A model generated the notes under the pieces. That model saw only the letters and a list, made by a program, of their open reading frames with translations, made no database searches and was not told the origin of the DNA. The position numbers were made by a program, and so were the translations under genes. From NCBI GenBank assembly GCA_029263415.1, contig JAJCXN010000048.1, positions 75,169 through 139,168 of the forward strand: 64,000 bases of DNA, written 5' to 3'. Positions 18,394 through 27,864 of the stretch are shown here, piece by piece (the first letter of the stretch is position 1; each line of letters opens with the position of its first letter). The stretch is from Acidobacteriota bacterium. Its GTDB lineage: Bacteria > Acidobacteriota > Thermoanaerobaculia > Multivoradales > Multivoraceae.

Positions 18394-19548
18394 CTACTCG
18401 GGGATCGGACCTAGTTCTGGCAAGAACGTATGCAGCACCGCGACTTTCAACCGATGCCCACTGACTCGATAGCGATTTAGGAAAACAATCACGGAGATCT
18501 CTCGTTCGGGAAAGCGAGAGAAGCTTGTGACGAAGCCTGCAACCTGACCACTGTGACTCTGCGAGCGCAGCCCTTGGTAGTCGCGGACAACCCACCCAAA
18601 TCCGTAACCAACGGCCTCACCATCCGGCAGCAGCGTCGAAGTCCACATCGCCTTCTTGGATTCGGCACTCAGTAAAACGTCACCGCCCAGTGCGTGATCC
18701 CACTTCGCCAAGTCTCGGGCTGAGGAGAGTAGCCCGCCAGCTCCTAGCGTCGACGAGGTTTCGGTGGGCATCCGGTTGATCAGCTCGCCGGCCTTGTTCA
18801 CCCAATAGCCCGATGCGCGATTAGGGATGATCGCTTCTGGGTCCGCCAAGCGGGTCTGGGTCATTGCAAGGGGCCCAAAGATACGAGACTGCAAAACCTT
18901 CCCGAGGGGACGGCCCTCGATGCGCTCGACAAGCATGCTCAACAAGAAGTAGCCGGTGTTGCTGTAGTACCAACCGGTCCCGGGCGCAAAATCCATCGGC
19001 CGTGAATGCGCTATCCGAATGACTTCTTCGGGTGTCATCCGAAAGCGATAGACGTCATAGCTTCTGATTTCCTCGTAGTCGGGAATGCCTGATGTGTGGG
19101 TCAATAGTTGGCGCACCGTGACGCCAAGCCACTCGCTGGGCAACGTCGGGAGATAGGTGTGGATAGCATCGTCCAGGTTGAGCTGACCGTCCTGAACGAG
19201 CAACATCGCCGCTGCTGAAACAAACTGCTTGCTGACTGAGCCAATCTCAAAAACGGCGTCTTCGGAAACCGGAACCGAAAGTTCAACGTTGGCCATGCCA
19301 TACGTCCTGAGATGCACCATCTCCCCTTTCGACGCAACAGCCACCAAAGCTCCGGGAATGTTGTTCTCCTTGAGATGAGCATAAATGCGGGCGTCTAACT
19401 TCGCGAATGCCTCAGCACTAGGTTGGGCGATCTGTGCAGACAGCGAGAGGCTGCAGAACAAAGTCACACTCGCTAGCAACACGCCGACTCGAACGATCGC
19501 AGAGAAGCCTGATGGGGGCGAGTCAAAGAGTCGTTTACGGGCAGCCAT
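18394..19548 (-). CDS. Serine hydrolase, beta-lactamase class C/D-aminopeptidase-like, secreted
   Basis: FEIGSVSK (SxxK), LLTHTSG, YSN, HSG motifs, signal peptide. Confidence 0.92.
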   Translation of the reverse strand: MAARKRLFDSPPSGFSAIVRVGVLLASVTLFCSLSLSAQIAQPSAEAFAKLDARIYAHLKENNIPGALVAVASKGEMVHLRTYGMANVELSVPVSEDAVFEIGSVSKQFVSAAAMLLVQDGQLNLDDAIHTYLPTLPSEWLGVTVRQLLTHTSGIPDYEEIRSYDVYRFRMTPEEVIRIAHSRPMDFAPGTGWYYSNTGYFLLSMLVERIEGRPLGKVLQSRIFGPLAMTQTRLADPEAIIPNRASGYWVNKAGELINRMPTETSSTLGAGGLLSSARDLAKWDHALGGDVLLSAESKKAMWTSTLLPDGEAVGYGFGWVVRDYQGLRSQSHSGQVAGFVTSFSRFPEREISVIVFLNRYRVSGHRLKVAVLHTFLPELGPIPE

Positions 19549-20001
19549 GAGCAGATCTCCAGTTTCGGTTGTTCAAGAGGACTCACTCCTACTTGTGGTC
19601 CACAAAGTCTTGTTCCATACAAACAGAGGCCGTATCCACTTCATCGGCCACTACAGCAAGGACGATTCGCACGGTCGAGAGTTTGCGTACAGAACGCTTG
19701 ACTCTACGCCCGACGACAACTTCGCCCAAGCAACACCCACCTGGTAACCGGGACAAACCCTTGCAGAACGCTCTTCGACCCGCTCTGCGATCCGACACTG
19801 ACCTCGTCAGCACTGAGTCAGCAGCATTACAGCCCGAGCCTTGCCGTCGCCAAGGCCAGCGGGCTCTGAGTGCACCCCACGCTCATTCTTGAAGCCCCCG
19901 TGGCCTTGGTAGTGTGTCAGCGGTTCTTCGCCCATTACCCCTAAACGGGCCCTAGCAGAACGCCGCAAGGGCGTCAGCAGTCACCCAAATCTCAGGAGAG
20001 G

Positions 20002-20526
20002 TTGATGCAACTGCACACCTGGACAGGCATCCTCATCGTCGTCGCGATCGCTATGGCATCTTCAATCAGCCAGACGACGAACACACCGGCGCCTTCCGCT
20101 CGGCTGAGCGCAGCCACACCCTCGAGTGAGCACGCAGCGGAACCTGGCGCGAGCGGCACTCCGACCAACAGCGAGGAGCAGCTGTATCCGGCGGAGGAAC
20201 TTCAGTGGCGCGGCGGCGCAAACGGCGTCTCGACGGCCATCGCAGAGGGCGATCCCAGCCAGGCCGGAACGTTCACGATGATGCTCAAGCTCGCCGACGG
20301 TGCGTGGATACCACCGCACTTTCACAACGTAAACAAGCGCCTGATCGTGCTCAAAGGAACTCTACTCATGGGCACCGGGCAGGTGCTTCGCGAAGACGCG
20401 GTCAAAGCACTCCCAACAGGTGGCGTGGCAGTGGTACCGAAGACGAACTGGCACTACGAAGGGGGAAGGGGCGAAACCATAGTGGCTTTGATCGCTGAAG
20501 GACCCTTCGAAACGACCTTCGCCTAA
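20002..20526 (+). CDS. Secreted cupin-domain protein
   Basis: RBS AGGAGAGG, signal peptide, EGDP...FTMMLK...PPHFH...VLKG...WHYE cupin motifs. Confidence 0.85.
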   Translation: MMQLHTWTGILIVVAIAMASSISQTTNTPAPSARLSAATPSSEHAAEPGASGTPTNSEEQLYPAEELQWRGGANGVSTAIAEGDPSQAGTFTMMLKLADGAWIPPHFHNVNKRLIVLKGTLLMGTGQVLREDAVKALPTGGVAVVPKTNWHYEGGRGETIVALIAEGPFETTFA

Positions 20527-20814
20527 GCCGGCATGACTTTCAAGATCAAGTCAAGTAGGTAGAAGAGCCAGACTCTTCTGCAAAGAATCTTCTACAAGAC
20601 CAGAAGATGACAACCCGAGCCGGGTCGACAATGAGCTCTTGTCGTCGAACGCGACCGCCTACTCCCCCACTACATCGCTCGGCCACCAGCCGGAAGCACG
20701 GACGACACCTCAGCCGAGGTTGCTTTCATGCCGCTGCCCGGCGTTGAGTGCAGCTGCGCTCATATTGCATTTCTTCAAGGGCCCACCGTCAGTCCTCCCT
20801 GTCCTCTATTCGCC

Positions 20815-20869
20815 CCTGTCCTCCGTGTCCTCCGTGTCCTCCCTGTGCGCCCTGTGCGCCCTGTGCGCC
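20815..20869 (+). repeat. Degenerate 9-bp tandem repeats (TCCTCCGTG / CCCTGTGCG)
   Basis: Read directly, intergenic. Confidence 0.75.
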
Positions 20870-21218
20870 ATAAGAGCTACGGAACCCGCGCTTCTACATG
20901 CGTATTCAACGGTCACGAGCAACAGTGAATATTGTGTTGAAGTCCGTCTAACGCTCTAGATCGCGTTGAAGCAGTTAGGACCACTTCTGAAACCTTCCAT
21001 CGCGGCGATGGGAGCTACCACGCAGAGCACAATATGTCGGTGCCCCCGTCACTGCCAGAACTCTGCCACCACTGAGTACAGGAGCAAAGACCATTTACGC
21101 CGAGGACAGCAACGGCAACACCAACTCGATCCCCCGCTCCTCACCGAAGACGCGTTCACCAACGGATGTGAGTCTCCGGGTTGAATGCGGTGACTGGATC
21201 GAGCCGGCGCGACGTCGG

Positions 21219-21662
21219 ATGTCCAACCATAGAAGCGTCTTGGTTCTGCTCGGCCTACTCGTCATTTCTACCCTGGCCTGCGCGGTTGAGGAGTCACCAC
21301 CTGTTGAAGAGTCACCATCTGATGAGGCGGGCAACCTCGAACAGATGGGCTTCGCTGTCTCCGCATTGTCCAGGGGAAAGGGAGTGCCGCCCGAGGCCAT
21401 GAACTCTCTCAGAGAAATCCAAGAACTCCTGGCCAAGGACAGCGCAGCAGGCAAGCTGCTTCAGTTGGAAACGATACGTCTCGGCATTGAAGGGGAACGT
21501 AGGGTTTGCGTCGTTTACAAGGACAAGTCCGTCGGCGCGGCCGCCAAAAAGAAGATCGAACGCATCGTTCAGGGAGTCGACCTAATGCAGTTCGAACAAA
21601 GCGGATGTACTACTGACGAAGCAGATCCGCTTCGATCAGGCAATGGAGGACAACCAAAATGA
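21219..21662 (+). CDS. Lipoprotein, hypothetical
   Basis: Lipobox TLAC, ALSRGKGVP and GIEGERRVC motifs. Overlaps the next gene (ATGA). Confidence 0.75.
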   Translation: MSNHRSVLVLLGLLVISTLACAVEESPPVEESPSDEAGNLEQMGFAVSALSRGKGVPPEAMNSLREIQELLAKDSAAGKLLQLETIRLGIEGERRVCVVYKDKSVGAAAKKKIERIVQGVDLMQFEQSGCTTDEADPLRSGNGGQPK

Positions 21663-22990
21663 AGAATTCAAGAACCTCGCTTCTTATCCTGATACTGACC
21701 ATGGCGTGCCTTGCCTTCACCGCATGTGATCCACCGGCTTCCGAAACTGCGACCACAACGCCATCAGATGTACCAAGAGTGACCCCCGAAGTGGGCCAAG
21801 CACGAGCGGAAACGAACGCTAGAGAAGCCCGCGCAGCGGTGGCGACCAAGACCTTCGAGGAGTTCAAGACCAGTGTCTACAAAGAGCCCGGCGAGAACGG
21901 CAAGTACGTTGTCAACGGCGACACGCCAATCGTTGACGAAAAGCACCTGCGTGAGTTCTTCGACAAACTGCAGGCTCCGGAGGAAGACGAAGATGAGGGC
22001 GGTCGATCAACCGACGCACAGGCACTCATCGTGCACACGGTAGGAGACGTGACGGCGCTTTGGAACGATGCCACAAAGGACAACCTCACCTACTGCGTGA
22101 GTGATGACTTCGGAGCTCGGCACTCCGACGTTGTTGCAGCCATGTCAGCCGCAGCTGGTGCATGGCACGATGCCGCGGATGTACGCATGTCGTATGACGC
22201 AGCAGACGATGCGGGTTGCACGGCAGGCAACGACAACGTCATCTTTGATGTTCGACCGGTCCAGGTGCACGGTCAATACCTAGCGCGCGCGTTCTTCCCC
22301 AATGAACCTCGTTTTGCGCGCAACGTGCTCATCGACGAATCCTCCTTTGACCTCGGCACCGGCAACCTCAGCCTTGTTGGGATTCTTCGACACGAACTCG
22401 GCCACGCTCTAGGCTTTCGGCACGAGCATACGAGGCCCGAGTCGGGCGCCTGCTTCGAGGACTCGAACTGGGAGCCACTAACCGACTACGACCCGTTCTC
22501 GGTAATGCACTATCCTCACTGCAACGGTCAGGGCGACTGGACCTTGACCCTCACCGAAGACGACCGCCAAGGTGCTGCTTGCCTATATGGGCCAGCACCT
22601 GGACTGGTGCTGGATCCAACAATTGTCGACCCCAGTGGATGCCGTCCAGGACTGGACGTTGGCCCCGGAACCGACCCGGTAACAGTTACCGAAAGCGACC
22701 AGTCGGTCGGGAGCGGAGAGGAAAATCAATACGGCCCGTACTCGGTAACCTCTGGATCCGTCTTCGAAGCGTCGATCGGCGGGGCCAACGCTCAGGGCGA
22801 TCCCGACCTCTATGTCCGCTTTCGTCGAGAGCCGACTAGTGAAAGATTTAACTGTCGACCGTTTCTCTGGGGCCCAGAAGAGACCTGTTCACTCGACGTT
22901 CCGGACACCGAAACCCAAGCGTTCGTGATGGTTCGTGGGTTCGCTTCCGGTGTCTACGACCTCACGGTCACACACATGCCACAGCAATGA
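21659..22990 (+). CDS. Lipoprotein zinc metalloprotease (metzincin, M57/matrixin-like) with C-terminal PPC domain
   Basis: FTAC lipobox, VNGD propeptide, HELGHALGFRHEH, Met-turn SVMHY, GDPDLYVR PPC motif. Confidence 0.9.
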   Translation: MKNSRTSLLILILTMACLAFTACDPPASETATTTPSDVPRVTPEVGQARAETNAREARAAVATKTFEEFKTSVYKEPGENGKYVVNGDTPIVDEKHLREFFDKLQAPEEDEDEGGRSTDAQALIVHTVGDVTALWNDATKDNLTYCVSDDFGARHSDVVAAMSAAAGAWHDAADVRMSYDAADDAGCTAGNDNVIFDVRPVQVHGQYLARAFFPNEPRFARNVLIDESSFDLGTGNLSLVGILRHELGHALGFRHEHTRPESGACFEDSNWEPLTDYDPFSVMHYPHCNGQGDWTLTLTEDDRQGAACLYGPAPGLVLDPTIVDPSGCRPGLDVGPGTDPVTVTESDQSVGSGEENQYGPYSVTSGSVFEASIGGANAQGDPDLYVRFRREPTSERFNCRPFLWGPEETCSLDVPDTETQAFVMVRGFASGVYDLTVTHMPQQ

Positions 22991-23116
22991 CTAGAACAAC
23001 TTCTGGGTACCGGCTGGCCGGAGGCGGTGCAATCAAAACTGCGGCAGTACGCAGGTTGATCGACACAAGGCCAATGGCTAGCCAGCTCTAGCTTCTTTGA
23101 AGGGACTCCCTTGACT

Positions 23117-24922
23117 ATGCGCGCCGTCGTCCTATTCGTCTTGATCGCCGCCATGGCAGTGATCTGTTGTTCAAACGAACCCGGTCCTGAACACAACGCT
23201 TCCTCGGAGAGGGCTACGGTCGCCGTCGAGCGCCCACTCGCGGTGGATCGAGCCGAGCCTGTCAGTCGGGTAGTTTTGGAAATCGATCGCATGGCTGGCA
23301 CTCCGGAACTCTTTGTCAGCCAACAGATCGCCGGAGCCGAAGTCTCGCTCGCTGGGATTTTCAGAGAGGCCGGCATCCAGTTGGAGGCCGTGTTTGATCA
23401 GGATGACATCCCCCGACAAGACGAAGTTTCGCTGGCCCTTCTGCATCGGCTGATGGTCGAGAACAGGCGAGATGACTTGGACGCTGACGCCATCCATCTT
23501 TATGCCCTGGTGACGACTCTGGACCGGGATGACGACGAAACGCTTGGCATCATGTTCGATTTCGGAGACCAGGACGAAAACGACATTCCGCGAGAATCGT
23601 TCGCTATCTTTGCGGACGCTCATGAAGGACTAGGGCTTTCGGTCGTCGAGGGCATGCTGTTGACCGCTGCGCACGAAACGGGGCACTGTTTCAACCTGCA
23701 CCACGCAGATTGGGAAGGCACATTGTTTCAGCGAGACTCGACGATCGAAGGCTACAGCCTTGCCGACACCGTGCGCTGGAGACTCTCGAGTCGCAGCATC
23801 GATCACTTGCTGAACCATGACGCGAGGATGGTCTTTCCTGGCCAGAATAGTCTGCCTTTCGGTGTCATCGCTCAGGCTCATCTCGCAGAGCACAGCGACT
23901 GGCCCAAAGAGCAGTTCCAACTGCTCGACGCTGGGGGCACGACTGCGCTGACAGCTTCGATCAGCCGCAGCGCGGTCGCTCGTCAACACCGCGCTCCTTA
24001 CCGTGAACAGCCGTCGTCGAATGTCCGCGCTCCGCTCAACCTGAGCTTGGTCGGCTACAAACAGGCGTACCAAGTTGGTGAGCCGATCGATCTGACGGTC
24101 GAACTGTTCAACCAGAGTTCTTCTGCGGTTTCCGTACGTCCGATGCTCGACCCGGAGTACGGCTTTCTGAACATCGGCTATCGGCGACAAGGTCAACGCG
24201 AGTGGATTCCATTCCAACCCATCGTTCGTCGAGAAGCCCGCAGTACGGCACCCTCAACGATGGCGCCCAACACCGCTCTATACGGGATCGCGAGGGTCTT
24301 CTTTGGCGCGGGCGGATGGGTCTTCGATCAGCCTGGCAACTACGAGGTCATCGCTGACCTCTCATTCGACTACGAGCGTGGACGGGTTCACCTGCAAAGC
24401 GAACCCATCGTGCTCCAGCTCGCTGCCCCGGCGTCTGTCGAACAGCGTCTCGCAGTGCAAACATTGGTGCCAAGGGATTCGCAGCAGTCTGGCCGCGAGC
24501 CTGGTCTCTACCTGCTTTTACAGGGCGGCGATCACCTCGACCAAGGCGCAGCAGCGCTGAGAACGCTCGCCGAAACCGCTCCCGGTACACCACAGGCGGC
24601 TGCAGCCAACCTGGCTTTCGCGCGCAACGCTCTTGACCCGGCGACAATCGCCGGTTTGTCGCAAACAGCGCCGGACCGAACCGACGCTGCCATGATTTAC
24701 CTTAGGCAGGTGAACCCGGAGCAGGTTAGCCCATGGGCGCTAGCAACTGTTCAAGACGCCGTTGGCGATCGGCTTGAGAAGAGCGGCAACATGGAAGCCG
24801 CAGCCGAATACCGCGACTCAGCGGGAAGAACGCAAGACCGAATTCGCGTTCGTGACGTCGAGGGGTACAAGGTGCAACTGCAACAACGCTACAATCAACG
24901 ATTGGAGCGCGACGGATTCTGA
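23117..24922 (+). CDS. Secreted/lipoprotein zincin metalloprotease-like protein with C-terminal Ig-like and helical domains
   Basis: Signal ending VICC, HETGHCFNLHH (HExxHxxxxxH), YQVGEPIDLTVEL Ig-like strand. Confidence 0.75.
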   Translation: MRAVVLFVLIAAMAVICCSNEPGPEHNASSERATVAVERPLAVDRAEPVSRVVLEIDRMAGTPELFVSQQIAGAEVSLAGIFREAGIQLEAVFDQDDIPRQDEVSLALLHRLMVENRRDDLDADAIHLYALVTTLDRDDDETLGIMFDFGDQDENDIPRESFAIFADAHEGLGLSVVEGMLLTAAHETGHCFNLHHADWEGTLFQRDSTIEGYSLADTVRWRLSSRSIDHLLNHDARMVFPGQNSLPFGVIAQAHLAEHSDWPKEQFQLLDAGGTTALTASISRSAVARQHRAPYREQPSSNVRAPLNLSLVGYKQAYQVGEPIDLTVELFNQSSSAVSVRPMLDPEYGFLNIGYRRQGQREWIPFQPIVRREARSTAPSTMAPNTALYGIARVFFGAGGWVFDQPGNYEVIADLSFDYERGRVHLQSEPIVLQLAAPASVEQRLAVQTLVPRDSQQSGREPGLYLLLQGGDHLDQGAAALRTLAETAPGTPQAAAANLAFARNALDPATIAGLSQTAPDRTDAAMIYLRQVNPEQVSPWALATVQDAVGDRLEKSGNMEAAAEYRDSAGRTQDRIRVRDVEGYKVQLQQRYNQRLERDGF

Positions 24923-25008
24923 CCACGTCCGCACGAGCCCCCAAGTTGGTTTAGGACTTCTCACAGGGCGGCGTCTCAACGGTTTACGGAGCCGCCAGCA
25001 AGACAGGC

Positions 25009-25893
25009 ATGCCCCACTCTCTCCCATTCACAGTGAAGCTTCTTTCGATAGCTCGGCGCGAGCTGACTGTGATGGTGCCGGTGTTATGCCTCGCGTGCAG
25101 CCCGGCTAGTTCCTCGCAACTCAACGAGCCGATCGAGCAGGCTTCGACTGCAGACCAGGCATGCCTTCGCCTGGAACCGTCAAGAGCGGACCCGGTCCTG
25201 GGAGAACCCGTACTGCTCATCGTAGGGCTTGAGAACTGCTCGTCCAATTCGTTGGTGGTGCGCAAGCTTCTCGCGCCCGAAAAAGGCCTCCTCCAGATCA
25301 AGGCCACGGCACCGGACGGCGAGCAGCTTATCTACCGCCCTCCCCTCTATAGAGACGGTCGAGGCGCACGATCAGTCCAACTTGCACCTGGAGAGACGCA
25401 CATTGATGGTGTCGCGATCTACTACGGCAGCGAGGGTTGGTTTCTGAATCGCTCCGGGAGGTGGCGTTTCACCGCGCAGTACTCCAGCGAGTGGGGCCTT
25501 CTGTCATCCGAGCCGGTCGAACTCTGGGTGAAGGAACCGACGAGTCCAGAGCAGCTACTGACCGCTCGCATCTTCATGAAGGATGAAGTCGCTCGCTTCT
25601 TCTACATGGGCGGCGACGATCAGAAAGCGGCGCAGGCAATTCAGGACTCGCTGCCAGAAAGCACTTGGAGAAAGTTCGCCGACCTAGCCGTTCAGTCGAA
25701 CAACCCCGACGCAACGCAGTTCGACCTGGAGATCCTCGCTTCGTTGCCTGATGCCGCCATCGCGGCGGCTGTCGCTGGCGATCTGAGAGATCGCACAGTT
25801 CCGCACTCAATCAAGCAGCAATTGCTGGACAAGAGTTCGAAGGGATCGCTGGTTGCAAAGTGGATCGAACAACGGTTGCCTCCTGAGTTCTAG
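25009..25893 (+). CDS. Probable lipoprotein paralogous to the C-terminal half of 23117-24922
   Basis: CLAC lipobox. GEPVLLIVGLEN, LAPEKG, YYGSEGWFL and SEPVEL align by eye with GEPIDLTVELFN, LDPEYG, FFGAGGWVF and SEPIVL. Confidence 0.7.
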   Translation: MPHSLPFTVKLLSIARRELTVMVPVLCLACSPASSSQLNEPIEQASTADQACLRLEPSRADPVLGEPVLLIVGLENCSSNSLVVRKLLAPEKGLLQIKATAPDGEQLIYRPPLYRDGRGARSVQLAPGETHIDGVAIYYGSEGWFLNRSGRWRFTAQYSSEWGLLSSEPVELWVKEPTSPEQLLTARIFMKDEVARFFYMGGDDQKAAQAIQDSLPESTWRKFADLAVQSNNPDATQFDLEILASLPDAAIAAAVAGDLRDRTVPHSIKQQLLDKSSKGSLVAKWIEQRLPPEF

Positions 25894-25971
25894 AAACGCT
25901 CCTAAGCAACACTAGCCACAAGTCGTCGGCCGAGCTACCTATCTCACCCACCGAAAGCCGGGAGGCCCACC

Positions 25972-27600
25972 ATGATTCGCATGCACCGCTGCAGTTGCAG
26001 ACTAGTCGCCCTACTGGTGGTGTGCTGTACCGCCGCTTGTAGCGCTCCGGCGGAGGACGACCCACAGGTGTCTCCCGTTGACCTGGTCGACAGTGGCCGA
26101 GTTGATTTCCACACTCATGTCTTTAACACTCACTACCTTCCAATCGAGGGCATTCTGCGACAAAGAGGGCTCTCGCAAGGAGTGGCCCGGGCCGTACATC
26201 GCTGGCTCAGCAAGCGCACTTGCCAGAACGAAGCCCTGTCGACGATGCTTCAGATCGGCCCGGAGAGCTTAGAGGTCGAGCTTTCAGCGGAAGGTGCAAC
26301 GAAGGAGACATTCGCAGCCGAGGTCCGCGCGATCATCGGTCAAGACAGCGCCTCACTGGTGGCCCCTGCAGAGAACGACGAAAGAGAAATGATGGAACTC
26401 GTCGAGCTCCTCTTGCAAACCAGTTTTGAGCCCGACGCAGCGGTTGAAGCAAGCGACGAAGAACTCGACGCAGAGGATGTGGCGGCGCTCGGCATTCCCG
26501 GGGCCTTCCGGTTTCTCAACACCATCCGGCGTTGCGAGCAACAACAGTTCGAACAACTTGTTAAGGACTATCCAGCATCGTTGTATGTGCTGCACATGAT
26601 GGATCTCGAGCACATTTTCCAATATCAGGATTCCGTCGCGCCCACCTACCCTCTAGCTGAGCAGTGGACGCGCATGGCAGATCTGGTCAACAACTTGAAT
26701 TCGCAGTCGCAACAAGCTGTCCTCCTCGCTGCATTCGATCCTTTCCGGTTCTCCCACCAAGGAAGCCTCGATGCACTCAAGGATCTGCCAGAAGCGGCCA
26801 TCGGTCTCAAGTTCTACCCTCCGTCTGGTTATCGACCCACCGGAACGACCCTGCCGCCAGACGCCCTGGATCCGCCGGCTACATCTCGCTACTCGCACCT
26901 CGCGCTTGAAAGCACCGTGCTCAAATGGCAACAGACGTTCACCGACAAGATCGGGCTCACCCAAGACGAGATCGATGCACTCGTAGGGGACGCTCCCGCC
27001 GTTCTCGACAGCATCAACAAGGTCTTCTTCCAGTGGGCCGCAGAGCAGAACAAACTCATCTTCTCGCACCAGACACCCGGTGGCTTCGAAGCAGGACCGG
27101 GCTACGGAAAGCTATTCGCCGACCCACGCTGGTGGTACCCAATTCTCCAGAAGAACCCAAGCCTGCGCCTGGTCCTCGCCCATTCGGGCAGGGACGGATG
27201 GTTTGACGATGAGGCCGAATGGTCAAACTCGTTTGGCTACAACGCTTATCGGTTGTGTGTGCTGTTCGAGAACGTGCACTGTGACTTCGGCTACTTCGAC
27301 CAGGTTCGTTCGAAGAGCAAGAGGGCTCGTTTTGAGCAACGCCTTGCCGATTTGCTGTCTCGCGAAAGCGTCAATAGTGCAGAGCTCCTGCCACAGACGT
27401 TCGAGAACACCCACGACCTGCATCCTCGATATGACTTCTCCAAGAAGATCCTGTTCGGCACTGACTGGTTTATGGTGAAGAAACGGCGACGCTTCAAGAA
27501 GATCCCGGGGGACTTGGAGAAGGTGTTCAGTTCCCCTGAACTCGCGCCCTACAAGGACGACTTCTTCGGTCGTAACGCCCGACGCGCGCTGCAACTCTAG
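25972..27600 (+). CDS. Amidohydrolase family 2-like protein with lipoprotein signal
   Basis: TAAC lipobox, DFHTH, GLKFYPPSG, LAHSG, LFGTDW. Confidence 0.85.
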   Translation: MIRMHRCSCRLVALLVVCCTAACSAPAEDDPQVSPVDLVDSGRVDFHTHVFNTHYLPIEGILRQRGLSQGVARAVHRWLSKRTCQNEALSTMLQIGPESLEVELSAEGATKETFAAEVRAIIGQDSASLVAPAENDEREMMELVELLLQTSFEPDAAVEASDEELDAEDVAALGIPGAFRFLNTIRRCEQQQFEQLVKDYPASLYVLHMMDLEHIFQYQDSVAPTYPLAEQWTRMADLVNNLNSQSQQAVLLAAFDPFRFSHQGSLDALKDLPEAAIGLKFYPPSGYRPTGTTLPPDALDPPATSRYSHLALESTVLKWQQTFTDKIGLTQDEIDALVGDAPAVLDSINKVFFQWAAEQNKLIFSHQTPGGFEAGPGYGKLFADPRWWYPILQKNPSLRLVLAHSGRDGWFDDEAEWSNSFGYNAYRLCVLFENVHCDFGYFDQVRSKSKRARFEQRLADLLSRESVNSAELLPQTFENTHDLHPRYDFSKKILFGTDWFMVKKRRRFKKIPGDLEKVFSSPELAPYKDDFFGRNARRALQL

Positions 27601-27864
27601 CGACGCGCTCGAGCCGGTCCCCAAAACCTCTGTAGTCGATCTGCAGGCCGCTGGCGGCATCCACGCCAACTACAGAAAGACGTCGGCATGGGCGCCGAGC
27701 CACAAAGGCTCCACGCGCGCAGTTCGGAACGGTCTGATGTCTTCGAGTGGCCGTGCGCGGCCAAGTTCGGGACCGTTCGCTGGAGCTTTTAGAGCTTTCA
27801 AACTACATGTGGGCCCTGCTGTTGACTTGCCTGGCGACTAGCCCTACAACACGCTCGGCCGCCT

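Noticed and set aside
19560..19747. Possible 3' gene remnant on the plus strand (...HFIGHYSKDDSHGREFAYR...)
   Set aside because: Looks codon-like but has no start and no family I can recognise; needs BLASTx.
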